In this document: one piece after another, positions 8,505 to 17,333 of the stretch
How positions within the stretch are numbered: position 1 is the stretch's first letter
Layout of the letters: each line of letters starts with the position of its first letter
Source: a virus
Lineage: Duplodnaviria > Caudoviricetes
Strand: one strand, 5' to 3'
Length of the DNA: 54,558 bases
IMG/VR virus record: IMGVR_UViG_3300013125_000008
Span: 1 to 54,558 of that record
Position numbers and translations under genes: made by a program
The notes under the pieces: generated by a model
What the model was told of the DNA's origin: nothing
The model's input: the letters and a program-made list of their open reading frames with translations, nothing else
Database searches by the model: none

Positions 8505-10136
8505 ATGGCTGAGATTAATAATACGATTAGAGTAGCCTTAGCAGAAATGCGCGACGAGCTAAATGCTGTAAAAGGTGACACCGAACAAGAAAAAAAAGAG
8601 ATTGATGCTTTTAAGCCGGAAGATATTGAAGTTTCCAGCATTGATGAAAAAGAAATTCCGGAGCATGCTAAAGAAATTAAGACTCCTGCAGATGCTAAAC
8701 AAGCATTAGATGAAGCAAAAGAAGATCTTCAATTAGTAATTGACAATTTAGACGGCTTATGCGGGCAAGTTGAAGAAGAAGAAAAAGTTGCTTCTATTAA
8801 GCGTGCAAGTCAAACTTATGCTAATAATCTAGTTTCGCTCGAGAAAAAAGCTGATCAAGCTATTAGAGAAGCAAAAAACGCTGTTACACATTGGTCTTTC
8901 TTAAAAAAAGCGCATAAGCCCGAAAATTCAATTAAAGATTCGAGTTTGAAGCAGGCGGCTGAAACAATCCGCGAGGTTAGTAAATTCCAAGCTATTCTTA
9001 ATAGTGCTCTTCCTAAGCAAGCGACTGCCGTTCCTCAAACCGGTGCTAAGTTTACGGGTGATAAATGGCCAGCTTCAGGAAATCCGGTAGATGCAGAGCA
9101 AAGCGCTTGGCACAAAGGCGAAAAAGAGTTTGGTAAAGACAAATCGTTTGAAGATATGAGACCTAATCCGGCAGTAGATCATCGATTAGATGATATTGAT
9201 TTTAAAGCAGATAATAAAAATTTTGTTTCTGCTACGTTAACTACAGCGGGAAAAAATGCAACTTGGGAAGTAATTGATACGAAATCGGGTAAGCGCCTTG
9301 TTGCGAGTTTTAATAACGTTCCGGCAGCTATTGGTCCAAAAGATCAGAGAGGTTTTAGTATTTTTACTTCAAAAAATTATGGAATGGCTGTAATAGATAA
9401 CGTACAAAAAAGAGGTATTCATAGTACAGCTTCGGAACTAAACGCTGATATTACAGCAATTTCTCCTGCGCTTCTTAAAACAGCAGCTTCTGATAAGGGA
9501 GCTTTAAAAAGTTATTATGCTGATGCATACGGCGATGCAAATTTTGCAGCCGGTATGGTAAAAAATTATCAGCCGTCTTCCGCTAATATTAATTACGAGC
9601 CTGAGAAATCAAGCGTTCCTTCAGAGAAAGTAACAGCTGCTAGAAGACCCGCACCTGCAAGTACAGATCCTGTAGCTATTCAAGCAAAAGCTCGACAAGT
9701 AGTTAAGCTTGCTCGTCAGTACGCAGCGACAGGCGCGATTCCTTTTACAAAAAATGCTATTGCTGATAAAGCAGCGCAGTTAATGTCATTATCTGCTGCT
9801 GAATTTGCAAGTAAAGTAGCTACGCTGAAAGAGTTTCCGATTATTAATGAAGCTGCACTAAAACAAGCTCATCTTCCAGAATCAGAAAGTGGTGTTGTAG
9901 GGAATAGTGCAACAGGCGTTAGCAAACCTTTTGGACAGGTAGCAACAGAAAATTTAAATTCAGGTGTAAAGAGTGATGCTAAGATTGCAAAAGCGGCTTC
10001 GCAAAACGTTCCACAATTTCGTGCAGCGACTCCGAAATTAGATTTAACTTCATCTTTTACAACTACGGTAAATAAACTGCAGGCGAAAGGTGTTGATTTG
10101 AATAAAGTACGCACACCGATTTATAAAACATTTTAA
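8505..10136 (+). CDS. capsid scaffold / head core protein
   Basis: 543 aa, Ala/Lys/Glu-rich coiled coil, strong AAGGAG RBS, directly upstream of decoration and major capsid genes. Confidence 0.6.
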   Translation: MAEINNTIRVALAEMRDELNAVKGDTEQEKKEIDAFKPEDIEVSSIDEKEIPEHAKEIKTPADAKQALDEAKEDLQLVIDNLDGLCGQVEEEEKVASIKRASQTYANNLVSLEKKADQAIREAKNAVTHWSFLKKAHKPENSIKDSSLKQAAETIREVSKFQAILNSALPKQATAVPQTGAKFTGDKWPASGNPVDAEQSAWHKGEKEFGKDKSFEDMRPNPAVDHRLDDIDFKADNKNFVSATLTTAGKNATWEVIDTKSGKRLVASFNNVPAAIGPKDQRGFSIFTSKNYGMAVIDNVQKRGIHSTASELNADITAISPALLKTAASDKGALKSYYADAYGDANFAAGMVKNYQPSSANINYEPEKSSVPSEKVTAARRPAPASTDPVAIQAKARQVVKLARQYAATGAIPFTKNAIADKAAQLMSLSAAEFASKVATLKEFPIINEAALKQAHLPESESGVVGNSATGVSKPFGQVATENLNSGVKSDAKIAKAASQNVPQFRAATPKLDLTSSFTTTVNKLQAKGVDLNKVRTPIYKTF

Positions 10137-10212
10137 TTTTATTATCGGATTTCAAGCAAAAGAATGATCGTTTTTTAAAATATTATTTTATTTTTAATAA
10201 AAAGGTTCTATT

Positions 10213-10656
10213 ATGTCAAAAGTATATCTCGATATCGAAAACGCGAAACTAACTTATCCTGTATCTGCAGCAGTTGTTGCTACCGGATGGATGCCGGGTC
10301 AAGCGTTTACTCTTAATTCAACAGCCACTTCTGTTGCAATCGCTGTTACCGATGAAGCATTATTTGTTGGTATGGATGATGATACCGAAGTAAGTACTCC
10401 TCCTACGGGATCATTAGTAACTTGCGTTTATGGAGCCGGTACGACACTTCGTATCGACCATAGCCAAGAAGTCGCAGCTTCGAGTGCAGCTCGCGCTTAC
10501 GTTAGCGGCGTTGAAAGTGCAGCTATTGCAGCTGATCTTTATATTAATAATGAAGGAAAATGGACTAATTCCGCCACAGGTTCAGTTAAAGGCAAGATGT
10601 TTGTAAAACCGACAGCAGCTAATAATTATACTCTCGGCGTTATTCTTCGGTTCTAA
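10213..10656 (+). CDS. head decoration / minor capsid protein
   Basis: 147 aa beta-rich small protein immediately before MCP (DLYINNEGKWT ... PTAANNYTLGV). Confidence 0.6.
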   Translation: MSKVYLDIENAKLTYPVSAAVVATGWMPGQAFTLNSTATSVAIAVTDEALFVGMDDDTEVSTPPTGSLVTCVYGAGTTLRIDHSQEVAASSAARAYVSGVESAAIAADLYINNEGKWTNSATGSVKGKMFVKPTAANNYTLGVILRF

Positions 10657-10668
10657 GTTCAGGCTTCT

Positions 10669-10697
10669 AAATGCCGCTGAAAATCTCGGCGGCATTT
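10669..10697 (+). promoter_or_regulatory. intercistronic stem-loop between decoration and MCP genes
   Basis: AAATGCCGCTGA-aaatc-TCGGCGGCATTT, 12-bp stem with one G-U pair; no long U tract. Confidence 0.55.
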
Positions 10698-10800
10698 GTA
10701 AAAAAAGTTTTGTCTCTGCAGAGAGATTAAAAAAAGCGTGCATGGAAGAGCGCTTAGAAATACTTCCATTTATTTTTTAATAATTATTCAGGAGAATGAA

Positions 10801-11742
10801 ATGATTAAGTTACCCGGTTCTGAAAAGCCTCGAAACGGTTTTTCTCTAGCTAAGACAGCTTCTGCTGGGATTAACGATCCTTATCAAACGTATCAAAAAT
10901 CTGTATTGGATAGAGATACAATTTGGGAAAGTTTAACCACTGAAGGCGGTCGTCAAGCAGTTGCAGCTCAAATGGCGGTGCCTATTCGCCAAGAGCTTGA
11001 TTATGTAGGCGTAGCTCGTAAATTTTTCGAAATCGACGTGCTTGCGCAAGGCCAGATTGCTCGTTATGATTATGATGTAAGCGTTCCCGCTTTTGTCGTA
11101 TCAAAACGCGGCAAAGTTACTAAATGGACTGTAGAAGGTGATTATGTAGAACCGACCACATGGGAGATTTTCTCTCCGGCGGCTATTAGATTATCTCAAA
11201 TTCAGCAACGTAGGTTTAATATTCTTGACAGAACTCAAGAAAAAATTCGAATTGCAACACAAGTGCAGGAAGATGATCAGTTTTTGCAGCTGTTAGCAGC
11301 AACAACAGCAGCAAACACGGCTAATAATCCTGTTTCTACCTCGGTTACCGGATGTTCAAAAGAGTTCTTAAATGATATTAGCGCAACGATTATGGATCAT
11401 GATCTTCCTTGCTATTCATTTTTGATGAGATTTAAATCCTTCAAAGATATCCGTACTTGGGGAACATCTGAACTTGATCCAGTTACGATGCGTGAAATCT
11501 TAGAGACCGGGCTGTACGGCTCTATTTGGGGAATCGATATTATTGTTTCCCGTAGAGTTACTGCCGGTACAGTTTACGCAAGTGCTGAACCGAGATTTTT
11601 CGGTGTTATGCCTGTCAGAACGGAGCTTATTCTTATGCCCGATGATGAAGCTAAACAAGCTACCATCGGCTACGTAGGATATGAAGAGTTAGGAATGGCT
11701 CTTTTAGTTCCGAATGGCGCAGCTGTAGGAACTCATAACTAA
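10801..11742 (+). CDS. major capsid protein (HK97 fold)
   Basis: 313 aa from ATG 10801 (AGGAG RBS); MAVPIRQELDYVGVARKFFEIDVLAQGQIARYD, RRFNILDR, ILETGLYGSIWGIDIIVS, GYVGYEELGM typical of large-myovirus MCPs; followed by terminator. Confidence 0.85.
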   Translation: MIKLPGSEKPRNGFSLAKTASAGINDPYQTYQKSVLDRDTIWESLTTEGGRQAVAAQMAVPIRQELDYVGVARKFFEIDVLAQGQIARYDYDVSVPAFVVSKRGKVTKWTVEGDYVEPTTWEIFSPAAIRLSQIQQRRFNILDRTQEKIRIATQVQEDDQFLQLLAATTAANTANNPVSTSVTGCSKEFLNDISATIMDHDLPCYSFLMRFKSFKDIRTWGTSELDPVTMREILETGLYGSIWGIDIIVSRRVTAGTVYASAEPRFFGVMPVRTELILMPDDEAKQATIGYVGYEELGMALLVPNGAAVGTHN

Positions 11743-11774
11743 GAGATTTCAGATCCTTAGTGCAGGTTGGTGAG

Positions 11775-11802
11775 AAGGCGAGCAGAGACGCTCGCCTTTT
11801 TT
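11775..11802 (+). terminator. rho-independent terminator after MCP
   Basis: AAGGCGAGC-agagac-GCTCGCCTT followed by TTTT. Confidence 0.85.
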
Positions 11803-11824
11803 ATTGAAAAACATTACAGATTTT

Positions 11825-11834
11825 TCTATTATTC
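11825..11834 (+). promoter_or_regulatory. candidate late promoter motif TCTATTATT
   Basis: Immediately after the MCP terminator and before gene 11861; recurs at 17266, 30399, 39290. Confidence 0.4.
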
Positions 11835-11860
11835 AATAAATAAAGAATCAGCAACAAGTT

Positions 11861-12442
11861 ATGCCTACGTACAGCACAGCACAGCAATATCACATAAATT
11901 TACTAAGAAGCGAGCTCAGCATGCGAGCAACCAAAGCTTCTGGATCCTCTTTTATTTTATCTGCCAAATTAGGAGACGACGAACTCTGGGAAGATCTTCG
12001 TTTAGGATTAAATATGTTTAATTCTACTCCGCCTATCGTAACAACTTTTTCTTTCGCTGATTTGTATTCTGCCTCAGCTTCCGCAGCACTTAGCGGGGAG
12101 GATCCTAATGCTCCAGCGCTAGAAGACACAGTATCTATTTATACTACAGCCGTAATGATGTGCGCTCAATTTTTTTCAGGCATTAGATTACAATGGTTTG
12201 AAGCAGGTAAGCATTTTAGATATAACGATAATGGTATTTCTATTGAGCGCGTTAAGCAGGCAGATTATCAAAATATTATATCTAGCCAAATTCTTCAATT
12301 TATAACTGCCGTATTGCCGCTGATAAGAAAGACAATGGCGTTTGAGCAATTTAGTGCTAAAGGTCAATTTTCAGGAACAATAGCTTTTCCTCGATCTCTT
12401 ACAAGGGGATTGCGCGGAACGCGTCTAGGAGCGGGAAGTTAA
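11861..12442 (+). CDS. head completion / neck adaptor protein
   Basis: 193 aa after MCP; DDELWEDLRLGLNMFNSTPP and FRYNDNGISIE resemble head-tail adaptors. Confidence 0.55.
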   Translation: MPTYSTAQQYHINLLRSELSMRATKASGSSFILSAKLGDDELWEDLRLGLNMFNSTPPIVTTFSFADLYSASASAALSGEDPNAPALEDTVSIYTTAVMMCAQFFSGIRLQWFEAGKHFRYNDNGISIERVKQADYQNIISSQILQFITAVLPLIRKTMAFEQFSAKGQFSGTIAFPRSLTRGLRGTRLGAGS

Positions 12443-12930
12443 TGAGAAAAACCTTAAATATTTTAGTTCTAGAAGATGATAAACCTTCTAGAGTAGTATA
12501 TCAAAAGTACTTACAGTCGACTTTTTCATCGTGTATAATTGCGGCGAGTATAGAAGAAGCTTTAGCGGTATTGTCTTTTCAGCGCCCGGATATTTATTTA
12601 GTGGATTTAAGTATAGGAGATTCACGACCGTCGGTATCGCAAAGCTATAAAGGCCTTGAATTTATTCAAACTGTAAGATCGTTTGACGAAGACGCGATTA
12701 TTATAATAGTAACTGCACACGCGGCATTTGTATTTGAATATCCGGATTTTTGTTCGGCGTATAATGTAAGTAAAGTGCTAACAAAGCCGGTAGATAAAGA
12801 AATTTTATTAAAAAATTTACAAGAATTATCAGTTGAGTATTTATCAAGAAAGCTAGCGCATCTTTCAATGATAGCAACGAGCGCGGAAGAAGATACGTTA
12901 GATTTTATTAAAAAACAAGAAAGTGTATAA
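12442..12930 (+). CDS. single-domain response regulator receiver (CheY-like)
   Basis: ILVLEDD acidic pair, PDIYLVDL phosphoacceptor Asp, IIIVTAH Thr, LTKPVD Lys-Pro all intact; short helical C-tail. Confidence 0.85.
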   Translation: MRKTLNILVLEDDKPSRVVYQKYLQSTFSSCIIAASIEEALAVLSFQRPDIYLVDLSIGDSRPSVSQSYKGLEFIQTVRSFDEDAIIIIVTAHAAFVFEYPDFCSAYNVSKVLTKPVDKEILLKNLQELSVEYLSRKLAHLSMIATSAEEDTLDFIKKQESV

Positions 12931-13438
12931 AGTAAATATGTTAACTGCAACGTCCCCTTCGGCAATAAGAAAGAGCGCACAGTATGCAGACGAGTTGAAA
13001 GAAAAAATTGCATCTTTGCGGACAATGCGAGAAGATATTCGAGGTATCCGCCAATTATTTTCTTCTGCAAATGAAGAATTTCAATTATTATCGAATATTT
13101 TTAATAACATTCCAGCAATGCTCTTTCTTAAAGACACTCAAAATCGCTTATTAAAAGTAAATGATTATTTTTGTCAAGTTACCGGTTTGCGCCGAGAAGA
13201 TGTAGAAAAAAAAGCATTATCAGAGATTGCTACAGATCAGTTAGGGCTAGTCGAACATTACGCATTAAACGATTATGATGTAATTTACAAAAAGCAGCCG
13301 AAAAAAGGCATTATTGAAAAATTGTTTAGTAATCCCTCTATCACATTACGTACTGATAAATTTCCCGTTATCGTTGATGGAAAAGTCATCGGAATTTTTG
13401 GTATTAGTGTAGATATTTCCGATCAATTAAATTCTTGA
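12923..13438 (+). CDS. coiled coil + PAS domain protein
   Basis: IFNNIPAMLFLKDTQNRLLKVNDYFCQVTGLRREDVEKK ... TDKFPVIVDGKVIGIFGISVDIS is a PAS_4-type fold; GTG 12923 or ATG 12938 start. Confidence 0.85.
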   Translation: MYKVNMLTATSPSAIRKSAQYADELKEKIASLRTMREDIRGIRQLFSSANEEFQLLSNIFNNIPAMLFLKDTQNRLLKVNDYFCQVTGLRREDVEKKALSEIATDQLGLVEHYALNDYDVIYKKQPKKGIIEKLFSNPSITLRTDKFPVIVDGKVIGIFGISVDISDQLNS

Positions 13439-13881
13439 GTGTAATGGAAGAAAAATATGTAGACCGGCTATTTGATTTGCTGGAAAAAAAAATTGTAAGC
13501 ATGACTGAAATTATTGAAGATTTCAGCGAACGGGTTGTGCAAATAGAAAAAAATATGATTATCGTAACTAAAGACGTAGAAGTTTTAGTTAACGAACAGA
13601 AAAATCATTTGAGCGGCTGTCCCGTTAATAAAAAAGAATTTGATGCTGCTCTTAATGAAGCGTTAGAAATTAAAGGTATTAAATTACCTTTTTTGCCTGC
13701 CGTAACTGAAAGCGTCGTAGAAAAAATTGTAAATGCGGCAGTAGAGTTAAAATTTGCGAAGCAGCCAGCAGAAAGACTTAAACAAAACTTAAGTAAGACG
13801 CAGCTGCTATCAGCTATTCTTCTTATCTTTACTGCTGTAGGCTCATTAATAGTTTCAATTATATCATTGCTATTAAAGTAA
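13435..13881 (+). CDS. coiled-coil protein with single C-terminal transmembrane helix (holin/antiholin-associated)
   Basis: Heptad-rich N-part, HLSGCP motif, C-term LLSAILLIFTAVGSLIVSIISLLL; TTGA overlap with PAS gene (alt ATG 13444). Confidence 0.55.
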   Translation: MSVMEEKYVDRLFDLLEKKIVSMTEIIEDFSERVVQIEKNMIIVTKDVEVLVNEQKNHLSGCPVNKKEFDAALNEALEIKGIKLPFLPAVTESVVEKIVNAAVELKFAKQPAERLKQNLSKTQLLSAILLIFTAVGSLIVSIISLLLK

Positions 13882-13913
13882 AAAATGTAAGACATTCACA
13901 AAACGGAGTTCGT

Positions 13914-14321
13914 ATGAAAAAATTTATCGTGTTCGCTGTCGTAATAATGTTCGGTATAATTCCTGTAATAGCTCAAGTAGGCACAACAAATACTTTAAAA
14001 CCGCTCGATATTCCGGCGGGATTTAATTGGTTATATATCGTATTTTTTGCACTTGGCATGCTGCTGCATTATAGTATAAAAGTTTTTCACACGCTCGGAA
14101 AAACGAAATTTTTGAATTCGTTATATAGAAATTTTTCAAATTGGTTTATAAATAAATATCACTATACTGCACTTTCGGGTGCGGCTGCTGCTATCATAGG
14201 AATTGCTACTGCGTACGAAATGAATATTAATTTTTCAATAATAAATTTGCTTGGAGCTGTAATATCTATAATGGCTGGTTATATAGGAGATTCGATGTTT
14301 AACGCAGGGGAAATTAAATAA
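13914..14321 (+). CDS. putative holin (signal-like N-terminus + ~3 TM helices)
   Basis: Hydrophobic segments, ends MAGYIGDSMF; directly upstream of and overlapping the lysozyme gene. Confidence 0.55.
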   Translation: MKKFIVFAVVIMFGIIPVIAQVGTTNTLKPLDIPAGFNWLYIVFFALGMLLHYSIKVFHTLGKTKFLNSLYRNFSNWFINKYHYTALSGAAAAIIGIATAYEMNINFSIINLLGAVISIMAGYIGDSMFNAGEIK

Positions 14322-14869
14322 TGAGTTTTTCAAAAGAGCAGGTATTTGCTGTATGCGATAAGCTTGCTTCAAATTATAATTTCGAAGCGTCTTTGATTAA
14401 AGCTCTTTGCCTTCAAGAGGGTGGAAAAAAGAAAGATCCGCTAAGTAAGGAAAAATGGGCATTTGCGCCCGATAGAGCAAGATTAGAGCAAGGTTATTAT
14501 ATTTCTTATGTTGAAAATAAGCAGGCCTTAGCTACAACTACAGAAATTTTATTAGCAGCAAGCTACGGCGTTACTCAGATGTTAGGAGATTCTCTTCGAC
14601 AATTAGAATTTTTTGAGTGGTGGTTTAGCGAACAGCTTCCCGAGATTAAAACTCTTCTTGGAAATCCCTATAGCGAAGTCGCTGTTCCGAAAGCTATTAA
14701 TTGGTACTGTGAACACCTTCAAGCACAAGTAGAGTGGGGATGTAAATGGCTAGCGCGAAAAAGAGATCGAGCTCACGGAGATATTGTAAAGATGCTTGGA
14801 TATTGGAACGGGGACACTTCCGGAGCGTACGCTAATGAAGTATTAGCAAAACAGAAGAGCTTAGTATGA
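14321..14869 (+). CDS. endolysin, lysozyme/lytic transglycosylase (SLT-like) fold
   Basis: LIKALCLQEG (catalytic Glu), ASYGVTQML, VEWGCKWL, MLGYWNG...YANEVL motifs. Confidence 0.75.
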   Translation: MSFSKEQVFAVCDKLASNYNFEASLIKALCLQEGGKKKDPLSKEKWAFAPDRARLEQGYYISYVENKQALATTTEILLAASYGVTQMLGDSLRQLEFFEWWFSEQLPEIKTLLGNPYSEVAVPKAINWYCEHLQAQVEWGCKWLARKRDRAHGDIVKMLGYWNGDTSGAYANEVLAKQKSLV

Positions 14870-15375
14870 AATACGTAAAGTATGTAGCAGCCGGTATACT
14901 AATAGGATTTATCTTATTGCTGTACGTCGACGGCTGTAAGAAAGATAAGATAATAAGTGAAAAAGACGTTCGTATTGCTCAGTTAGATTCAATTCTTACT
15001 GTTTTTAAAGAGCATGGTGATACAACGTACGTTTATAGTAAAGGAAAAGATTCAATTATTACTAAGCATATTCCTGTACATGATTCTATAGCGATAAAAA
15101 CAGGCATATTCTTGGATACGACTATTATAAAAGGTCAGCATTCAGTTCATGTTATTATTGATTCTTTACTAACGCAAATTTTGCTAAATTGTAAAGATAG
15201 CGTAAAAGAAAGCTATAGAGTAGACACACTAAAAATTGAAATTCCGAAACTTATTCCAGTTACGCTGCCTCCTCTACCAGTAGAAGTAGAATGGTATAAT
15301 ACTATGCCTGCAGGAGTAGTTTATGGAGTTTCTGCGGTTCTCGTAATACTTAAACTTAAAATTTTAGGTATTTAG
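14866..15375 (+). CDS. putative spanin
   Basis: N-terminal hydrophobic helix ending in DGC, periplasmic DTT/DSI-rich segment, C-terminal TM (AGVVYGVSAVLVIL); ATGA overlap with endolysin. Confidence 0.5.
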   Translation: MKYVKYVAAGILIGFILLLYVDGCKKDKIISEKDVRIAQLDSILTVFKEHGDTTYVYSKGKDSIITKHIPVHDSIAIKTGIFLDTTIIKGQHSVHVIIDSLLTQILLNCKDSVKESYRVDTLKIEIPKLIPVTLPPLPVEVEWYNTMPAGVVYGVSAVLVILKLKILGI

Positions 15376-15377
15376 TA

Positions 15378-16223
15378 ATGAATCCAATTTACGATGAATA
15401 CGATTACGAGCTCGGAATAGAGCCAGAGATTATCGATTATGTAAAAGAATCTCATGTAATAGAAAGTCGCATTTCATCGACGCCTTGTTATCTTGTTTTT
15501 CATAGAGCTACCGGCTCTGCAATTGGCAGCAGCTCCTCTCCTTTAGCTATGCCTTCGTTTTATGAAACGTTTCCGTTTAATAAATCTATAATTTGGAATG
15601 GCGGAGTAAATTATCCAGATATTTTAGATTACTTATCTACACTAACGGTTATTAAAGACTCAACCACTATTATGACAAAGGTAGTGGAGGTGGAAGATAT
15701 TGTAGTAGCTACAGAATATAGTGTAATACAACGCAAGGATCTTATTCCTCCTCGCGTAGAACTTGCTTTTCATCCTACTGTTACATCTTCTTCACTTTCT
15801 TATTATTTTGAAACTTTAGAGATAGGAACAAGCGCTGAGAGGTTTAAGAGAGGCGCGACGGCAGCGCAAAGTCTGCACGGGTGGACTCAATATTTATCGC
15901 CTTATAGCGATAGCATGATCGGCTATAATCAAATTCTTATTAGAATGCCTCTTACAACTCGAGATCTTATTATTAATGAAGAGGGGCGAGTAATGATGGA
16001 AGAAAATCAGAGCTGGATGATTTGGGAGCCTTACGTAGCAGATGGAGATATGATAATCGTGCCGTCCGGAAGCACGGCGAGCGGCAGAGAAGAGAGGTAT
16101 GAAATAATCAATAAGCAAGACTCTTTGATGCAAGGTCAGCTAGTTTCTCAGAGATTTAAACTAGAATTTTTAGAATTTAGCGATGTAAGATATAATATTG
16201 CAATTTCCACGGTTTATCCTTAA
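15378..16223 (+). CDS. neck / head-closure protein
   Basis: 281 aa; C-terminal QSWMIWEPYVADGDMII...ERYEII...QRFKL resembles head-closure proteins; position before tail completion. Confidence 0.45.
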   Translation: MNPIYDEYDYELGIEPEIIDYVKESHVIESRISSTPCYLVFHRATGSAIGSSSSPLAMPSFYETFPFNKSIIWNGGVNYPDILDYLSTLTVIKDSTTIMTKVVEVEDIVVATEYSVIQRKDLIPPRVELAFHPTVTSSSLSYYFETLEIGTSAERFKRGATAAQSLHGWTQYLSPYSDSMIGYNQILIRMPLTTRDLIINEEGRVMMEENQSWMIWEPYVADGDMIIVPSGSTASGREERYEIINKQDSLMQGQLVSQRFKLEFLEFSDVRYNIAISTVYP

Positions 16224-17248
16224 TGTACATACGTAATGAAAAATATGTAATCGAAGAAGTTATTAAATTTATAAGAAGAATATTCCGGTATCAATCGCAG
16301 TGGACGAATTCCGGATATGAAGCTATTACTGTAGCTACAGGATCACTTACGGTATTCGAACAATTTAGTGAAGCTCCGGAACATTATCCAGTAGTTATCG
16401 TAGCCGGCGGCGGAAGCCGCTCTGTAAATACAGCATTTAATAACATCATAGCTGAAGAGTCTTTAGAAATTACACCTTTTGGAAATAACTCTTTATCTTA
16501 TGTACCATTACAGGACGGGATTCCAGTTGCTTTCGGTATGCCGCCGGTTACTAATATTTCTGGAATTGATTTTTTTGCATTTTCTGAAAGCTGCTATACC
16601 TCTAATTCTATTACAGCTAAAATTTATGATAATTATCTAGCCTCTCCGGTGTTACTTGCTTCCGGTACGCTGCAACAGACAGCTACTGCGTATCTTCCTT
16701 ATAGAATTAATTTATCAACTAGTGTAAGCGGAACGGGACTTTATGTAACTTTAGAAGGAAGTAATTCAAACATCGGAATAGACACGACGAGTAGTTATCC
16801 GTATATTATATCAGGAACTACTTATACAGGAAGCTTAACGGGAACGTTATCTAGTAGAGTGGGCGTAACGCTAGGAGGCAATTTTCAAATTACAATTCAA
16901 TTAAGAATTCAAGCAAAAAACGATACTGCTTTGCCTAGAACTATCGCAGATCTTATTGAGTATTATTTTCAATTATTTAAGTCCGCGACATTTACAAGAA
17001 GTAGTGGTGCAGTTAACAATACGCAATTAGAATCCTCTTTGAATGTAAGAGAGTGGATGCACAAAGAGCTGTATTTAGAAAGTTTTCAATCGGGCGCAGT
17101 AGAAGTACGCAGAAGAGGAGAAAACGATATCATATTTACGGTGCCCGTTACTTGCGTTTTTACGACTTCCTGGAATGAAAATTATGAAAGAGACGCTCTC
17201 GAGAGTATTAGAGTTGAAACGACGTCGATTGATCCTTTACTCTATTGA
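16223..17248 (+). CDS. tail completion / terminator-like virion protein with inserted beta domain
   Basis: 341 aa immediately before sheath; EHYPVVIV...FQITIQLRIQAKND pattern. Confidence 0.45.
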   Translation: MYIRNEKYVIEEVIKFIRRIFRYQSQWTNSGYEAITVATGSLTVFEQFSEAPEHYPVVIVAGGGSRSVNTAFNNIIAEESLEITPFGNNSLSYVPLQDGIPVAFGMPPVTNISGIDFFAFSESCYTSNSITAKIYDNYLASPVLLASGTLQQTATAYLPYRINLSTSVSGTGLYVTLEGSNSNIGIDTTSSYPYIISGTTYTGSLTGTLSSRVGVTLGGNFQITIQLRIQAKNDTALPRTIADLIEYYFQLFKSATFTRSSGAVNNTQLESSLNVREWMHKELYLESFQSGAVEVRRRGENDIIFTVPVTCVFTTSWNENYERDALESIRVETTSIDPLLY

Positions 17249-17265
17249 AATTCACTTCCGTAAGT

Positions 17266-17275
17266 TCTATTATTT
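17266..17275 (+). promoter_or_regulatory. candidate late promoter motif TCTATTATTT upstream of sheath
   Basis: Intergenic copy of the recurring motif. Confidence 0.4.
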
Positions 17276-17333
17276 GATTAACAGTTTTAATAAAGCGATT
17301 TTTGAGTGATTATAAAAAAATAGGAGTTTGCAA

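Noticed and set aside
12901-12940. Frameshift fusion of REC and PAS into one sensor
   Set aside because: The A-run could favour -1 slippage but PAS is in the +1 frame; PAS has its own GTG/ATG starts.
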